NCBI GenBank assembly: GCA_038204425.1
Contig: JBBRCZ010000003.1
Coordinates: forward strand, 32,001 to 96,000
Direction: 5' to 3'
DNA from: Spirochaetia bacterium
GTDB taxonomy: Bacteria; Spirochaetota; Spirochaetia; DSM-27196; Salinispiraceae
DNA length: 64,000 nt
Within the stretch, counting starts at the first letter, position 1, and each line of letters begins with the position of its first letter. The notes below the pieces were generated by a model. It had not been told where the DNA came from. It saw only the letters and a program-made list of their open reading frames with translations, and made no database searches. Below are positions 39,814-49,869 of this stretch, piece by piece. A program made the position numbers and the translations under genes.

Positions 39814-40704
39814 TCACATGTGCCCCTTCGTAGATTGGTTTTGGTGTTCAGCTTTTTTTTCTCCTGAGAGTGCCAGAGCACCTACTAAACCTATTACAAA
39901 GGCGGCAACTGCTAAAGGAATGTTAAAGTCCACTAGGTTGGCAGTAGAAAGAGCCATGGAATTAGGTGAGATAGCTCGAAGAATAACGTCAAAAACACTG
40001 CCGAGCACCAGCCCAAGTATTCCCCAGTAAGTCCAAGAGTGAAATTTGTCTAGAAGCACATTAAGAAGTCGAGAGATCAATAATAGCCCTATGATAGAAC
40101 CCAATCCAAACACCACAAGCAACGGCAGGTTAAACTCTTTTATGGCAGTGATAAAAGTTGTATAGGCACCTAGGAGCAAAAGTACAAATGAACCCGAAAT
40201 TCCCGGTACAACCATTGCGCTCATGCCAAGTACGGAGGCACCAAAAAAGGCTAAACCTTGCAGGAAATCAAAAGACCGCATAGGTTCACCTTCTGGAGCG
40301 CGATTGAGCAAGGACAAAAGCACAACCAAAGCAGCGCCCAAAATAAAAGGTATTAAGTACAAAGCGTTAAAGCCGTTTCTATTTGCAATTTTGAGCAAGT
40401 AGGGCAGGCTGCCTACAATTAGGCCTGCAAAAAGCAACGACAGTTGGACCGGAACTGTGGACCGTCCCCATACTATAACAAACGAAAAGCCGACCAAGCC
40501 AATTGCGACACCAAGCAAAATCGGCAAAAGAAAGATAATGTTCTTACGCCAACCGCCTTCGCCACCCTTCACAAAGTGAGAAATGCTTGCTAAGAGCCTG
40601 TCGTAAATACCGGTAATAACAGCGATAGTGCCACCGGATACCCCTGGGACGGCGTTTGCTACACCAATAAAGGCTCCGCGAATCAAATTAATCACATGTT
40701 TCAT
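39814..40704 (-). CDS. DUF368 membrane protein (undecaprenyl-phosphate translocase family)
   Basis: ANAVPGVSGGTIAVITGIYDRL and the repeat AMVVPGISGSFVLLLLGAY. Confidence 0.9.
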   Translation of the reverse strand: MKHVINLIRGAFIGVANAVPGVSGGTIAVITGIYDRLLASISHFVKGGEGGWRKNIIFLLPILLGVAIGLVGFSFVIVWGRSTVPVQLSLLFAGLIVGSLPYLLKIANRNGFNALYLIPFILGAALVVLLSLLNRAPEGEPMRSFDFLQGLAFFGASVLGMSAMVVPGISGSFVLLLLGAYTTFITAIKEFNLPLLVVFGLGSIIGLLLISRLLNVLLDKFHSWTYWGILGLVLGSVFDVILRAISPNSMALSTANLVDFNIPLAVAAFVIGLVGALALSGEKKAEHQNQSTKGHM

Positions 40705-40813
40705 GATTCCCCCCGCTTGTTTATACCACTCAAAGCTTGTGTTTGAAACAGAAATGTTTGTAATCTCACTTTTGTGGTCGACGTTAAGGTGGCTTTTCTA
40801 CTATCTTATGGGC

Positions 40814-41446
40814 ATGAAAAATCTGATAGTGCTTCCAATCATGATATTTTGCCTCTCGACACTGGTCTATGCCCAAGAGACAAATGACTCCGTCCAGAAT
40901 GACAGTCCGCTTGAAACAGTCGAGCCCGTCGCAAGTCAAGCAAGTGAACCGCCACTAAAGGTTAACAACAGCCTTCAGGTGGACTTTGGCTTTGCATTAC
41001 CCTATCGGGACGATTTTGGTGACTCAGGTCTTGCCTATGTACCGTCTCTTACTTGGCAGTACCATATCAAAGAAGATTATCTACTGGGTATTGTATTGGC
41101 TAGGTTTCAACATCATCCTGCGCGGGAAGCAAACCTGTATTTTTTTAACTACGGTTTTACCTTTACGCACTATATTCCAAAAGAATGGATAGACATGGGT
41201 CCTTTTAAGTTCTTTGCTCGCTATGGGATTTTGCTCTCGCAAGTATGGGAAGAAGGAAAGTCCGGACGGGATATAGCGCACCATACACTGATTGGTCTTG
41301 GTGGCGAGTTTACCTTAGCAGCGGCGCACCGACTGGGTTTGCAGGCAGTCTGGACCTTATCAGAGTATCCAACACTAGGAATAGCCGAAGGTGTGACCAT
41401 GGCAACTATCGGTGCAAGTGTGTACTACCGGCTTGTATTCGAATAA
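40814..41446 (+). CDS. Probable small outer-membrane beta-barrel protein
   Basis: Signal peptide ending VYA-Q; about 8 alternating amphipathic strands; C-terminal GASVYYRLVFE. Confidence 0.6.
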   Translation: MKNLIVLPIMIFCLSTLVYAQETNDSVQNDSPLETVEPVASQASEPPLKVNNSLQVDFGFALPYRDDFGDSGLAYVPSLTWQYHIKEDYLLGIVLARFQHHPAREANLYFFNYGFTFTHYIPKEWIDMGPFKFFARYGILLSQVWEEGKSGRDIAHHTLIGLGGEFTLAAAHRLGLQAVWTLSEYPTLGIAEGVTMATIGASVYYRLVFE

Positions 41447-41565
41447 GCAAACGGCTTGACCACAGCGACTCAGGACCCCATAATCAGCTGTGCCTAGTAC
41501 TTTGCAAATATCGGTTTCTGCAAATAAGCTACTTGGCTACAATATTTTGCGTTGGAGATTAAATT

Positions 41566-42513
41566 ATGAAATTGACTAGAATGCTTATTATCACGCTGAT
41601 TCTCATGCTGGTGCTGTCTTCCTGTATAAGTTCTACCTTTTTTGGTCCTGCTTATGTCGAAGGAAAATCAGGTACAAACGTCAAAAAAGTGCGTTCGTCG
41701 TCGGTAGTTTCGGCCACCTGGGACAAGCTTTTTGAGTCTTTTGAGACCGAATGGCTACGAGACGCAAATGGTAATCCAGTCAAAAAGATAGTCACCGAGT
41801 ATGCCGATCCAGCTGGTAGAGCTGTAGGAACCCTAGTTTGGGAGACTGAATACCAACAAGTTTCGGGAAAAGTTTTGCCCTATCGCATGGCGGTTAATGG
41901 TCAGACTTTCATCAAGATTGACTATGAAGTCTTACCGGTAAAAGCAGTCGGTCCAGTGCAGCAGGACATAGGCAAAAGATATTTTTCGCGCTTGGCACGT
42001 TCCACGCTCACTAAGGGCCTAAGAGAAGATATTTTACTTGGTTTGGACAGTTTTCCAGTTCCTCTTGATCCACTAGCAAACTTCGTTGTGGAACTAAGCA
42101 AGGTTGTGCAAGTTAAGCTTGATACCAGCAAAGATCCAGTTCCTGAGCTACGCACCTTGCGTTACCTAAGCTTGGGATTTGACAATATTGTCCTGCGCCG
42201 CTTTTCGTTTTCCAACACGGATTTGACCACCGGTATTCTCAACACAGTTAAATCCTACACTTTTGAAAACGGTCCATATCCTGACTTGCACAACCAAGTC
42301 GACTACGTTTTTGAGTATCAGTGGAAGGTAATTAACGATAAAATTTGCCAGATCGAACAAAGCTGGCGTTCAATTGTAAGTAACGATGATATTACGTTCC
42401 TTGCAAAGACCGAGTTCAACCAACTGGGCGACCGATCTAGAGAAACTTGGAGTATCGAGAACGCAACAGAACGCCGTCGCGTAAATATATTTGATCAATC
42501 AATTGCTTACTAA
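41566..42513 (+). CDS. Hypothetical lipoprotein
   Basis: Lipobox LSS-C; RBS GGAG; upstream TTGACC-17-CATAAT. Confidence 0.75.
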   Translation: MKLTRMLIITLILMLVLSSCISSTFFGPAYVEGKSGTNVKKVRSSSVVSATWDKLFESFETEWLRDANGNPVKKIVTEYADPAGRAVGTLVWETEYQQVSGKVLPYRMAVNGQTFIKIDYEVLPVKAVGPVQQDIGKRYFSRLARSTLTKGLREDILLGLDSFPVPLDPLANFVVELSKVVQVKLDTSKDPVPELRTLRYLSLGFDNIVLRRFSFSNTDLTTGILNTVKSYTFENGPYPDLHNQVDYVFEYQWKVINDKICQIEQSWRSIVSNDDITFLAKTEFNQLGDRSRETWSIENATERRRVNIFDQSIAY

Positions 42514-42533
42514 ATAGACAATAGTGTTTGAAT

Positions 42534-42560
42534 GCTGTTCCGGACTAGATCCGGAACAGC
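42534..42560. terminator. Hairpin between convergent genes (probable terminator)
   Basis: 11-bp stem GCTGTTCCGGA-ctaga-TCCGGAACAGC; U-tract weak. Confidence 0.6.
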
Positions 42561-42594
42561 TGGTTAGACGCCTACGGGAGTCTATGGCTAAATC

Positions 42595-43854
42595 TTATAT
42601 TTTTCGCAGCACGATCGTAGAATTGTGACCACCAAAACCAAAACTGTTTGACAGAGCGATCTTGATATCTTTGCTTATGGGCTTGGTGTTGATAACTGTT
42701 GGTGAGAGTGCAACCTTTGGATCAAAATTGTCAATGTTGATATTAGGCGGAACCAAGTTATGGTGCATAGCACTGACACACAGTATAGCTTCCAAGCCTG
42801 CCGTTGCTCCGAGCAAGTGTCCATGCATACTTTTGGTGCTACCTACATTTATCTTGTCTTGCTTGCCTTCAATTAGTTCAAATATTGCTTTGGATTCAGC
42901 AACGTCGCCCAATGCAGTTGACGTGCCATGAGCGTTAATGTAGTCAATTTCTGATGGAGAAATGCCCGCATCCTTACACGCCATGCGCATGGAATACAGA
43001 GCGCCTCTTCCCTCTGGGTCAGGTTGTACCAAATCATAGGCATCGCCTGACATACCAAAACCTGCAACTTCGGCCAAGATAGTCGCGCCACGTTTTTCTG
43101 CCGATTCTAAGCTTTCTATAACAAAGACTCCGGCACCTTCAGCGATAACAAAACCGTCACGCCCGATATCATAGGGACGGCTGGCTCGACTCGGTTCGCT
43201 ATTGTAGGCTGTTGAAAGAGCTCTCATATTTGAAAAGCCGGCCACACTTATTTCTACCACTGAATCTTCGGTGCCCCCTACCACGCAGCTGTCAATCATG
43301 CCACGCTCAATCATCATTGCACCAACGGCAATTGCGTGATTTGCGGTAGCACAGGCTGTCTGAGTAGCTAAATTGGGTCCCTTGATGCCATGTACCATAG
43401 AGACAAAACCGGCGCAGATGTTTCCCAACATAGCGGGGATATACATCGGACTTACGCCGCGTGGCCCGCGTGCGTTAAGGTTGCCACCGTTCTTTTGTTG
43501 AGTCGGCAATCCGCCAATTCCAGAACCAATACAAACACCGACTCGATAGGGGTCTTGCGAGACCAACTGAGCAAGCTTGGCCTGTAGTGCCGCCTCATTG
43601 ACCGAGGCCATCGCAAAGTGGACAAAAGGGTCCATCTTTTTGGCGTCCTTTAGATAGTGCGCAGGGTAGTGAGGACTAAAGTCCCAATTGCGAACTTCGC
43701 CTGCGACCTGACTCTGATACTGCTCAGGATTAAAATGACTAATGCGTTCAATGCCGCTTATACCTTGGCTTACTTTTTGCCAACTCTCGGCTACGTTGTG
43801 CCCTAGACAATTCACCGTGCCCATGCCGGTAATAACAATGCGCGTCTTGTTCAT
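42595..43854 (-). CDS. fabF: Beta-ketoacyl-ACP synthase II
   Basis: RIVITGMG, TACAT, RDGFVIAEG, INAHGTST, HGHLLGA, SNSFGFGG. Confidence 0.95.
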   Translation of the reverse strand: MNKTRIVITGMGTVNCLGHNVAESWQKVSQGISGIERISHFNPEQYQSQVAGEVRNWDFSPHYPAHYLKDAKKMDPFVHFAMASVNEAALQAKLAQLVSQDPYRVGVCIGSGIGGLPTQQKNGGNLNARGPRGVSPMYIPAMLGNICAGFVSMVHGIKGPNLATQTACATANHAIAVGAMMIERGMIDSCVVGGTEDSVVEISVAGFSNMRALSTAYNSEPSRASRPYDIGRDGFVIAEGAGVFVIESLESAEKRGATILAEVAGFGMSGDAYDLVQPDPEGRGALYSMRMACKDAGISPSEIDYINAHGTSTALGDVAESKAIFELIEGKQDKINVGSTKSMHGHLLGATAGLEAILCVSAMHHNLVPPNINIDNFDPKVALSPTVINTKPISKDIKIALSNSFGFGGHNSTIVLRKI

Positions 43855-43970
43855 ATGCTTCTATTATGCAGTTATCCTGAGAAAAATCAAACGGATTTTT
43901 CCAAGTTTAGAATGGCATTCTATGATATTCTGAGCGGCAATAGACCGGCAATTAGAGTTGGTTTGCTCAC

Positions 43971-45932
43971 CTATTGTTGACTTGAGTGGTAAAAATCCTG
44001 ATCGAGGCCTTTTCTTTTCTCAATTAGGATCTCTAGTATGGTTGGGTCGGCCAAGGTGCTGGTATCGCCGAGATCTTTAAACTCCAAGGAGGCAATTTTG
44101 CGAAGTATTCTGCGCATTATTTTGCCGGAGCGTGTCTTTGGCAGGCCGGGAACTACTACGATCTGGTCAGGCGTGGCAATAGGCCCAATATGATGGCGCA
44201 CCTCATTGCGCAGCTCGCCAATTAAGTCGGCCGACTCATGCCAACCTTCGTTGAGAATAACATAGGCAAAAATACCCTGACCCTTAATATCGTGAGGAAA
44301 GCCAACTACAGCTGCTTCTGCACAACCTGGGTGGGTGACCAAGGCGCTTTCTACTTCGGCTGTCCCCATGCGGTGGCCGGAGACGTTGATAACGTCATCT
44401 ACTCTGCCAGTGATCCAATAGTAGCCGTCTTCGTCACGCCGACAGCCGTCTCCAGTAAAGTAGTAGCCTGGATATGGTTTAAAGTAAGTTTGTGAAAAGC
44501 GCTGGTGATCGGCATGTATACTGCGTGCTATGGATGGCCAAGGAGACCTGATGGCGAGCAGACCACTGACATTGTTGCCGACAAGCTCATTGCCTTGCTC
44601 GTCCAAAATAAGCGGATCCACTCCAAAACAGGGCAAAGTGGCCGAGCCAGGTTTGAGATCAGTCACGCCAGGAAGTGGAGAAATAAGTATTGACCCCGTC
44701 TCGGTTTGCCACCATGTGTCAACGATGTCACAACGCTTTTGGCCGACTACCTCGTAGTACCAGCGCCACGCTTCTGGGTTGATTGGTTCGCCTACGCTAC
44801 CAAGCACCTTGAGACTCGATCTATCGTAGCGATTGACTGGGCCGTCGCCTTCTCTTGCTATAGCGCGGATTGCAGTCGGAGCGGTGTAAAATTGATTAAT
44901 CTTGAGGCGCTCAACCGTCTCCCAGTAACGTCCAGCATCGGGGTACGTTGGAATGCTTTCAAAGAGCACGGTGGTGGCGCCATTTGCAAGCGGACCATAA
45001 ACAACGTAACTGTGGCCGGTTATCCAGCCTATGTCGGCCATACAGGCATAGACGTCGCCTTCTTGATAGGCAAAAACCCAGCGGTGGGTCAACATAGTTT
45101 GTAGCAGATAGCCGGCGGTGCTGTGGGCAATCCCCTTGGGTTTTCCTGTACTTCCAGAGGTATAGAGAAAAAAAAGTGCATCTTCTGCATCAGTGTGCTC
45201 AACGGGGCAATAGGGTCTTTCGGCTTGCATTGCCTCATCCAACCAAATATCTCGTTGATCATAAAAAGGTACTTTGTTGCCAGTTCTTTTGGCAACAAAC
45301 ACGTTTTTTACGCCTGGGCAGGCCATAACCGCCTCGTCGACGGTACGTTTGAGAGGTATAGTTTTTTTCCCGCGCAAACCTTCGTCGCAGGTAATTACGG
45401 CGCAACAGTTGGCATCCAAAATGCGATCTCTTAGAGATTCGGCGGAAAACCCAGCAAACACCACCGAATGAATTGCGCCAATGCGGGCACAGGCCAACAT
45501 GGCATAGACGGCCTGTGGAATCATTGGCATGTAAATGGCTATCCGATCTCCGCGTTTAATACCATGATTACGTAGCACGTTGGCCAGCCGACACGTTTGT
45601 TGATAGAGCTCATAGTAGCTTATGTATTCTTGTTGTCCAGGCTCGTCTTTTTCCCAGATCAACGCGGTTTGAGTTGCTCGTTTGGGCAAATGCCTATCGA
45701 CACAGTTGTAACATGCATTTATTTTGCCACCCAGAAACCAAGAGCTATGGCCACTTTGCCAGTCCCAATCGAGCACGCGTGAAAAAGGATGAAACCAAGT
45801 GAGTTGACTGTTTGCAAGGTCTCCCCAAAAAGCTTGCGGGTCAGCCAAACTATGTTTGTACATTTCTTGGTAGCTAGCATTATCTTTGATAGCCGTTGGC
45901 GATTGTGATTGTGCTTTAATTGTTTCGCTCAT
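43971..45932 (-). CDS. acs: Acetyl-CoA synthetase
   Basis: [41 protein letters not shown]; start ATG 45932. Confidence 0.97.
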   Translation of the reverse strand: MSETIKAQSQSPTAIKDNASYQEMYKHSLADPQAFWGDLANSQLTWFHPFSRVLDWDWQSGHSSWFLGGKINACYNCVDRHLPKRATQTALIWEKDEPGQQEYISYYELYQQTCRLANVLRNHGIKRGDRIAIYMPMIPQAVYAMLACARIGAIHSVVFAGFSAESLRDRILDANCCAVITCDEGLRGKKTIPLKRTVDEAVMACPGVKNVFVAKRTGNKVPFYDQRDIWLDEAMQAERPYCPVEHTDAEDALFFLYTSGSTGKPKGIAHSTAGYLLQTMLTHRWVFAYQEGDVYACMADIGWITGHSYVVYGPLANGATTVLFESIPTYPDAGRYWETVERLKINQFYTAPTAIRAIAREGDGPVNRYDRSSLKVLGSVGEPINPEAWRWYYEVVGQKRCDIVDTWWQTETGSILISPLPGVTDLKPGSATLPCFGVDPLILDEQGNELVGNNVSGLLAIRSPWPSIARSIHADHQRFSQTYFKPYPGYYFTGDGCRRDEDGYYWITGRVDDVINVSGHRMGTAEVESALVTHPGCAEAAVVGFPHDIKGQGIFAYVILNEGWHESADLIGELRNEVRHHIGPIATPDQIVVVPGLPKTRSGKIMRRILRKIASLEFKDLGDTSTLADPTILEILIEKRKGLDQDFYHSSQQ

Positions 45933-45939
45933 AACATTC

Positions 45940-45977
45940 AGTATAGGCCTGCAATTATGACTATGCAAATCATAATT
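45940..45977 (-). promoter_or_regulatory. acs promoter with an 8-9-8 inverted repeat
   Basis: TTGCAT-17-TATACT on the minus strand; AATTATGA-N9-TCATAATT (45953-45977) flanks the -35 element. Confidence 0.55.
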
Positions 45978-46120
45978 AGAACCTGTTTTTAACAGAGAAC
46001 ACACGCTTTGCAAAAAAGACTCATGATTGAGACTTCCTTAGGCTATCAAACGCTCAAGCGTCAAGGCTATACTGCTTTGGAGGCATACGACTGCAATGTT
46101 TGCCAAAAAAAGAGGAAATC

Positions 46121-47665
46121 ATGATCCACGATTTACAACTGTGCGTCAGCCCAGAAAAAGCTACTAATCAGGAAGCAGTCAAAAAAGAAGTGGCAAAACA
46201 GTTGGGTGTTTCTGTCAAAAGCATCGCAGGCATACATGTCAAAAAGAAATCAATCGATGCTCGTCGACAAGAAATAAAAGTCAATTTAGCTCTCAAGGTT
46301 TATGTGGGAGAACTCGTGCCTTCAGATAAACCGCAAGCCCCAGATTGGAAGAATGTTGCGTCTGCCAAACCAGTATTGATTGTAGGCTGCGGACCAGCTG
46401 GGCTCTTTGCTGCGCTGAGGCTGCTTGAGCGTGGCTTAAAGCCCATAATTATTGAGCGTGGTAAAGATGTCAGCAATCGGAAGGTTGATATTGCTCGTTT
46501 GTGCACGCAACACTTGCTTGACCCCGAGTCCAATTTCTGCTTTGGCGCCGGAGGTGCAGGCACATTTTCCGATGGAAAACTCTATACACGCTCCAACAAA
46601 CGCGGCGATAACGATAGCATTTTGGACATTTTTCGACTGCATGGCGCAGACGACGCCATCGCTTATGAGGCCCATCCTCATCTTGGAAGCGACAATTTGT
46701 CCGAAATTGTCAAGCGTATAGCCAACACCATTATTGAGCACGGTGGAGAAATCCACTACCAAACCCGCATGGATGACTTGATAATTCAAGACCAATGCAT
46801 AAAAGGAATAATTGACGACAAGGGCAACAAAATCTTGGCAGATTCCTTGATCTTGGCTAGCGGGCATTCAGCGCGCGATGTCTATCACATTTTAAATAGG
46901 CACGGTTTGGCACTGGAAGCCAAGGATTTTGCGCTCGGCGTGCGTGTTGAACATCCGCAGGCTTTGATTGACAGCATTCAATACCATAGACCACAGCGAG
47001 GACCACATTTACCGGCTGCGAGCTACAGTCTAGTTAGTCAAATCGAAGGTCGTGGCGTGTATTCGTTTTGTATGTGTCCTGGCGGGACCATAGTGCCATC
47101 GGCTACAGCCGCCGACCAGATAGTGGTCAACGGTATGTCCAATGCCACTCGAAGCTCGGCGTTTGCCAATTCTGGCATTGTGGTAGAGGTAAAGCCAGAG
47201 GACTACCACCAGTTTTCTGAGCAAGGAGTAATGGCAGCATTGACCTACCAAATCTGGCTTGAGCAACGAGCCAAGGAGTACGGAGGCCCAGGACAGGAGG
47301 CACCAGCCCAGGCATTGGCTGACTTTGTAAGGTCGACCGTTTCGTCAACGACTCCTCGCTGTTCTTACTTACCGGGGACTGTGGTCAGCGACCTGCATCG
47401 ATGGCTACCTGCCAGCATCGCTAGACGGCTTCAGTTGGCGCTGCGCAGTTTTGACCAAAAGATGCACGGCTTTCTGACCAACGAAGCGCTTGTCGTCGGT
47501 GTTGAATCGCGAACTTCTTCTCCGCTTCGTATTCCCCGTGATGCTCAAACTCTGCAACATCCTCAAGTAAAAGGTCTGTATCCTTGTGGTGAGGGGGCTG
47601 GTTATTCGGGTGGAATTATTTCGTCGGCTATAGACGGACAAGAACTTGCCAATAGAGTTTTATAG
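46121..47665 (+). CDS. Uncharacterised FAD-dependent oxidoreductase
   Basis: IVGCGPAGLFAA, FGAGGAGTFSDGKL, YSFCMCPGG, YPCGEGAGYSGGI; RBS GAGGA. Confidence 0.9.
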   Translation: MIHDLQLCVSPEKATNQEAVKKEVAKQLGVSVKSIAGIHVKKKSIDARRQEIKVNLALKVYVGELVPSDKPQAPDWKNVASAKPVLIVGCGPAGLFAALRLLERGLKPIIIERGKDVSNRKVDIARLCTQHLLDPESNFCFGAGGAGTFSDGKLYTRSNKRGDNDSILDIFRLHGADDAIAYEAHPHLGSDNLSEIVKRIANTIIEHGGEIHYQTRMDDLIIQDQCIKGIIDDKGNKILADSLILASGHSARDVYHILNRHGLALEAKDFALGVRVEHPQALIDSIQYHRPQRGPHLPAASYSLVSQIEGRGVYSFCMCPGGTIVPSATAADQIVVNGMSNATRSSAFANSGIVVEVKPEDYHQFSEQGVMAALTYQIWLEQRAKEYGGPGQEAPAQALADFVRSTVSSTTPRCSYLPGTVVSDLHRWLPASIARRLQLALRSFDQKMHGFLTNEALVVGVESRTSSPLRIPRDAQTLQHPQVKGLYPCGEGAGYSGGIISSAIDGQELANRVL

Positions 47666-47737
47666 CGGTCACCGGCAGCGCAGCAACTATTCTGTTTGCG
47701 TATTTTTCTGTTAGGATATTTTTAGGAGTGTGGCTCA

Positions 47738-48394
47738 ATGTTTAGAAATGCATCGATTCTGTTTGCCTCTTTTCTTATTGTTTCTTTAAATCTTTTTCTT
47801 ACTGCATCATTGGGTGCTCAACAAAGTGGCAAATATGTTTGGACAACCGTTACGTCTTCTAGTACGTCTACGAGTATAGCTGTGCAAAACAGCACTAGCA
47901 GTTCCAGCACAAGCACCACAAGCAGCACGTTGTCACCCGGTTCACTTGCAAAAACCATCTCGACTGCATTAATGATTATTGATTTGGACAATAAAAATGG
48001 CATGATTTCCGGTCATCATGGTAATGCGTTTACACTAACGCAATTGCAGGAGAACGGTTTTTCTGTACCACGCCTCTTGGTTGGCCCCGGGTTTTTGTTG
48101 GGAAAGTCAGAACAAGAAATTGAACGCATGGTTCCAATGGTGGTTTCGGGTCGTGCTGATCGTATACTGATTGGTCAGTATAAGCTGATAGAATCCGAAG
48201 ATCGTGCTGGCATCGGTCACTTTGTCCAAATTGAAACCAAGGTTACGCTTTTTGAAGTGGAAGGTATTAAAAAACTTGCCACGGTTTCACAAACCGTGCA
48301 AGCGACGGCACCCACTTTTAAAGCTGCCCAAACTTTGGCCCTAAAAGAAGCTGCCAATCAGACAGTCCAGCAACTTCTTGCTCAGTTGCCATAA
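47738..48394 (+). CDS. Secreted hypothetical protein with a Ser/Thr-rich linker
   Basis: Signal peptide ending LGA-Q, poly-Ser/Thr, C-terminal CsgG/TolB-N-like ADRILIG..ALKEAANQ; RBS AGGAG. Confidence 0.7.
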   Translation: MFRNASILFASFLIVSLNLFLTASLGAQQSGKYVWTTVTSSSTSTSIAVQNSTSSSSTSTTSSTLSPGSLAKTISTALMIIDLDNKNGMISGHHGNAFTLTQLQENGFSVPRLLVGPGFLLGKSEQEIERMVPMVVSGRADRILIGQYKLIESEDRAGIGHFVQIETKVTLFEVEGIKKLATVSQTVQATAPTFKAAQTLALKEAANQTVQQLLAQLP

Positions 48395-48400
48395 ACGAGG

Positions 48401-49792
48401 TTGCTTGTGATCAATTCTTCTAAAATTCAAGACGGTTTGATAATGTCATTGGCTAGCCCTGTTGGGGTCTCAGCTTTGGCTATAATTCGTTGTAGTGGCG
48501 CGGCGTGCGTTGAGACTCTTGCGGCAAGCTTTTCACGACCCAAGGCACTCAACGCGGCACAAGGTAAGCAGATGGTCTACGGAATGCTCTTAGACCAGAC
48601 CGGTCTGGTACTTGATGAAGTACTATGCGCGGTTTTTAGACAGCCTGCTTCTTACACCGGCGAAGAAATGGTAGAAATTTCTGCTCACGGCTCGCCTGCC
48701 GGAGTGGAGGCAATCTGCCAACACTTACTGAGAATTGGCTTTAGACAAGCACAAGGCGGCGAGTTTACGCTACGGGCCTTTATCAACGGAAAACTTGACC
48801 TAAGCAGGGCCGAAGCTGTCAACGAAGTCATAGCTGCTCAAACTCGCAAGGCACATGCCCTTGCCATGCATCGCCTCGGTGGAGCGGTTGAACGTACTAT
48901 AAATTTGCACAAAAAAGCGCTTACGCAATTGATGGCCATGGTCAGTATTCAACTTGACTACCCCGAAGAAGAAATTGAAGAGATTCACTTGCCTCTCAAT
49001 ATCATCCAAGGTGAGAGAGATGCCCTCGATGCTTTGGCCCAGACCTATAAAAGTGGCAAGATATATCAACAAGGCGTACGTATAGCCTTGGCAGGACGAA
49101 CCAATGCCGGCAAGTCAAGTTTGTTTAACGTCTTGGTACGCGAAGAACGGGCCATAGTTTCAGATATTCATGGGACTACTCGCGACTGGATTGAAGCTCC
49201 TTATTCTTTGGATGGTATTCCAATTAGACTTTTTGATACGGCGGGACTGCGACAAGCACGAGAATGGGTGGAACAAGAAGGTATTAGACGTAGCGGTATG
49301 GTTATAGAGAATGCTGGTCTAATTATTTACGTGGTAGATGGTTGCGTCGGTCTCGATGCCGAAGAGCTTGACTTTCTTGAACAGCTGAAGCAAAAAAAGC
49401 AGACGGCCATTGTCGTTTGGAGTAAGTCTGACGCTGCTGGCTGGAAGGCGCCTGAACCTGCGCGTCTCTTTGGCCACGAGCTCGTAGCTTTGTCAACGCA
49501 AACCTTAGCTGGCCTAAATGAACTCTTAAAGAGTCTCACTTTAAATATTGGTGCCGAGTTAAGTTCAGAAGACAATGAAGTATTGATCGACAGCCAACGA
49601 CAGCATTTGCTCTTGCAGCAGGCCGTTGCCAGCTTGGATCAAGTTATGGAAGCAGTTGAAGCCAATTTGAGTATGGATTTGATCGCTTTGGACCTACAAA
49701 ACGCCCTGCAAGCTTTGGGTGAAATTACCGGCGAAGTAAGTAATGAAGACGTTTTGGATGTGGTGTTTGGGAATTTTTGCGTCGGAAAATAA
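48401..49792 (+). CDS. mnmE: tRNA modification GTPase MnmE
   Basis: SYTGEEMVEI, GEFTLRAFINGK, GRTNAGKSS, GTTRD, DTAG, C-terminal FCVGK. Confidence 0.96.
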   Translation: MLVINSSKIQDGLIMSLASPVGVSALAIIRCSGAACVETLAASFSRPKALNAAQGKQMVYGMLLDQTGLVLDEVLCAVFRQPASYTGEEMVEISAHGSPAGVEAICQHLLRIGFRQAQGGEFTLRAFINGKLDLSRAEAVNEVIAAQTRKAHALAMHRLGGAVERTINLHKKALTQLMAMVSIQLDYPEEEIEEIHLPLNIIQGERDALDALAQTYKSGKIYQQGVRIALAGRTNAGKSSLFNVLVREERAIVSDIHGTTRDWIEAPYSLDGIPIRLFDTAGLRQAREWVEQEGIRRSGMVIENAGLIIYVVDGCVGLDAEELDFLEQLKQKKQTAIVVWSKSDAAGWKAPEPARLFGHELVALSTQTLAGLNELLKSLTLNIGAELSSEDNEVLIDSQRQHLLLQQAVASLDQVMEAVEANLSMDLIALDLQNALQALGEITGEVSNEDVLDVVFGNFCVGK

Positions 49793-49869
49793 AGCCGTTG
49801 ACTAGCGCCCGTAGAGCACGATGACCGACGCATTGAAATTCTTTCTAATAAAGGTATATGTTTATCACT

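Noticed and set aside
41500..41555. c-di-GMP-I riboswitch suggested by two GCAAA motifs
   Set aside because: Lacks the GNRA-capped P2 stem and the P3 receptor; only a short direct repeat
46121..47665. FAD oxidoreductase as a recent horizontal acquisition (looked Bacteroidetes-like to me)
   Set aside because: No mobility signature or obvious composition shift; cannot be supported without a phylogeny
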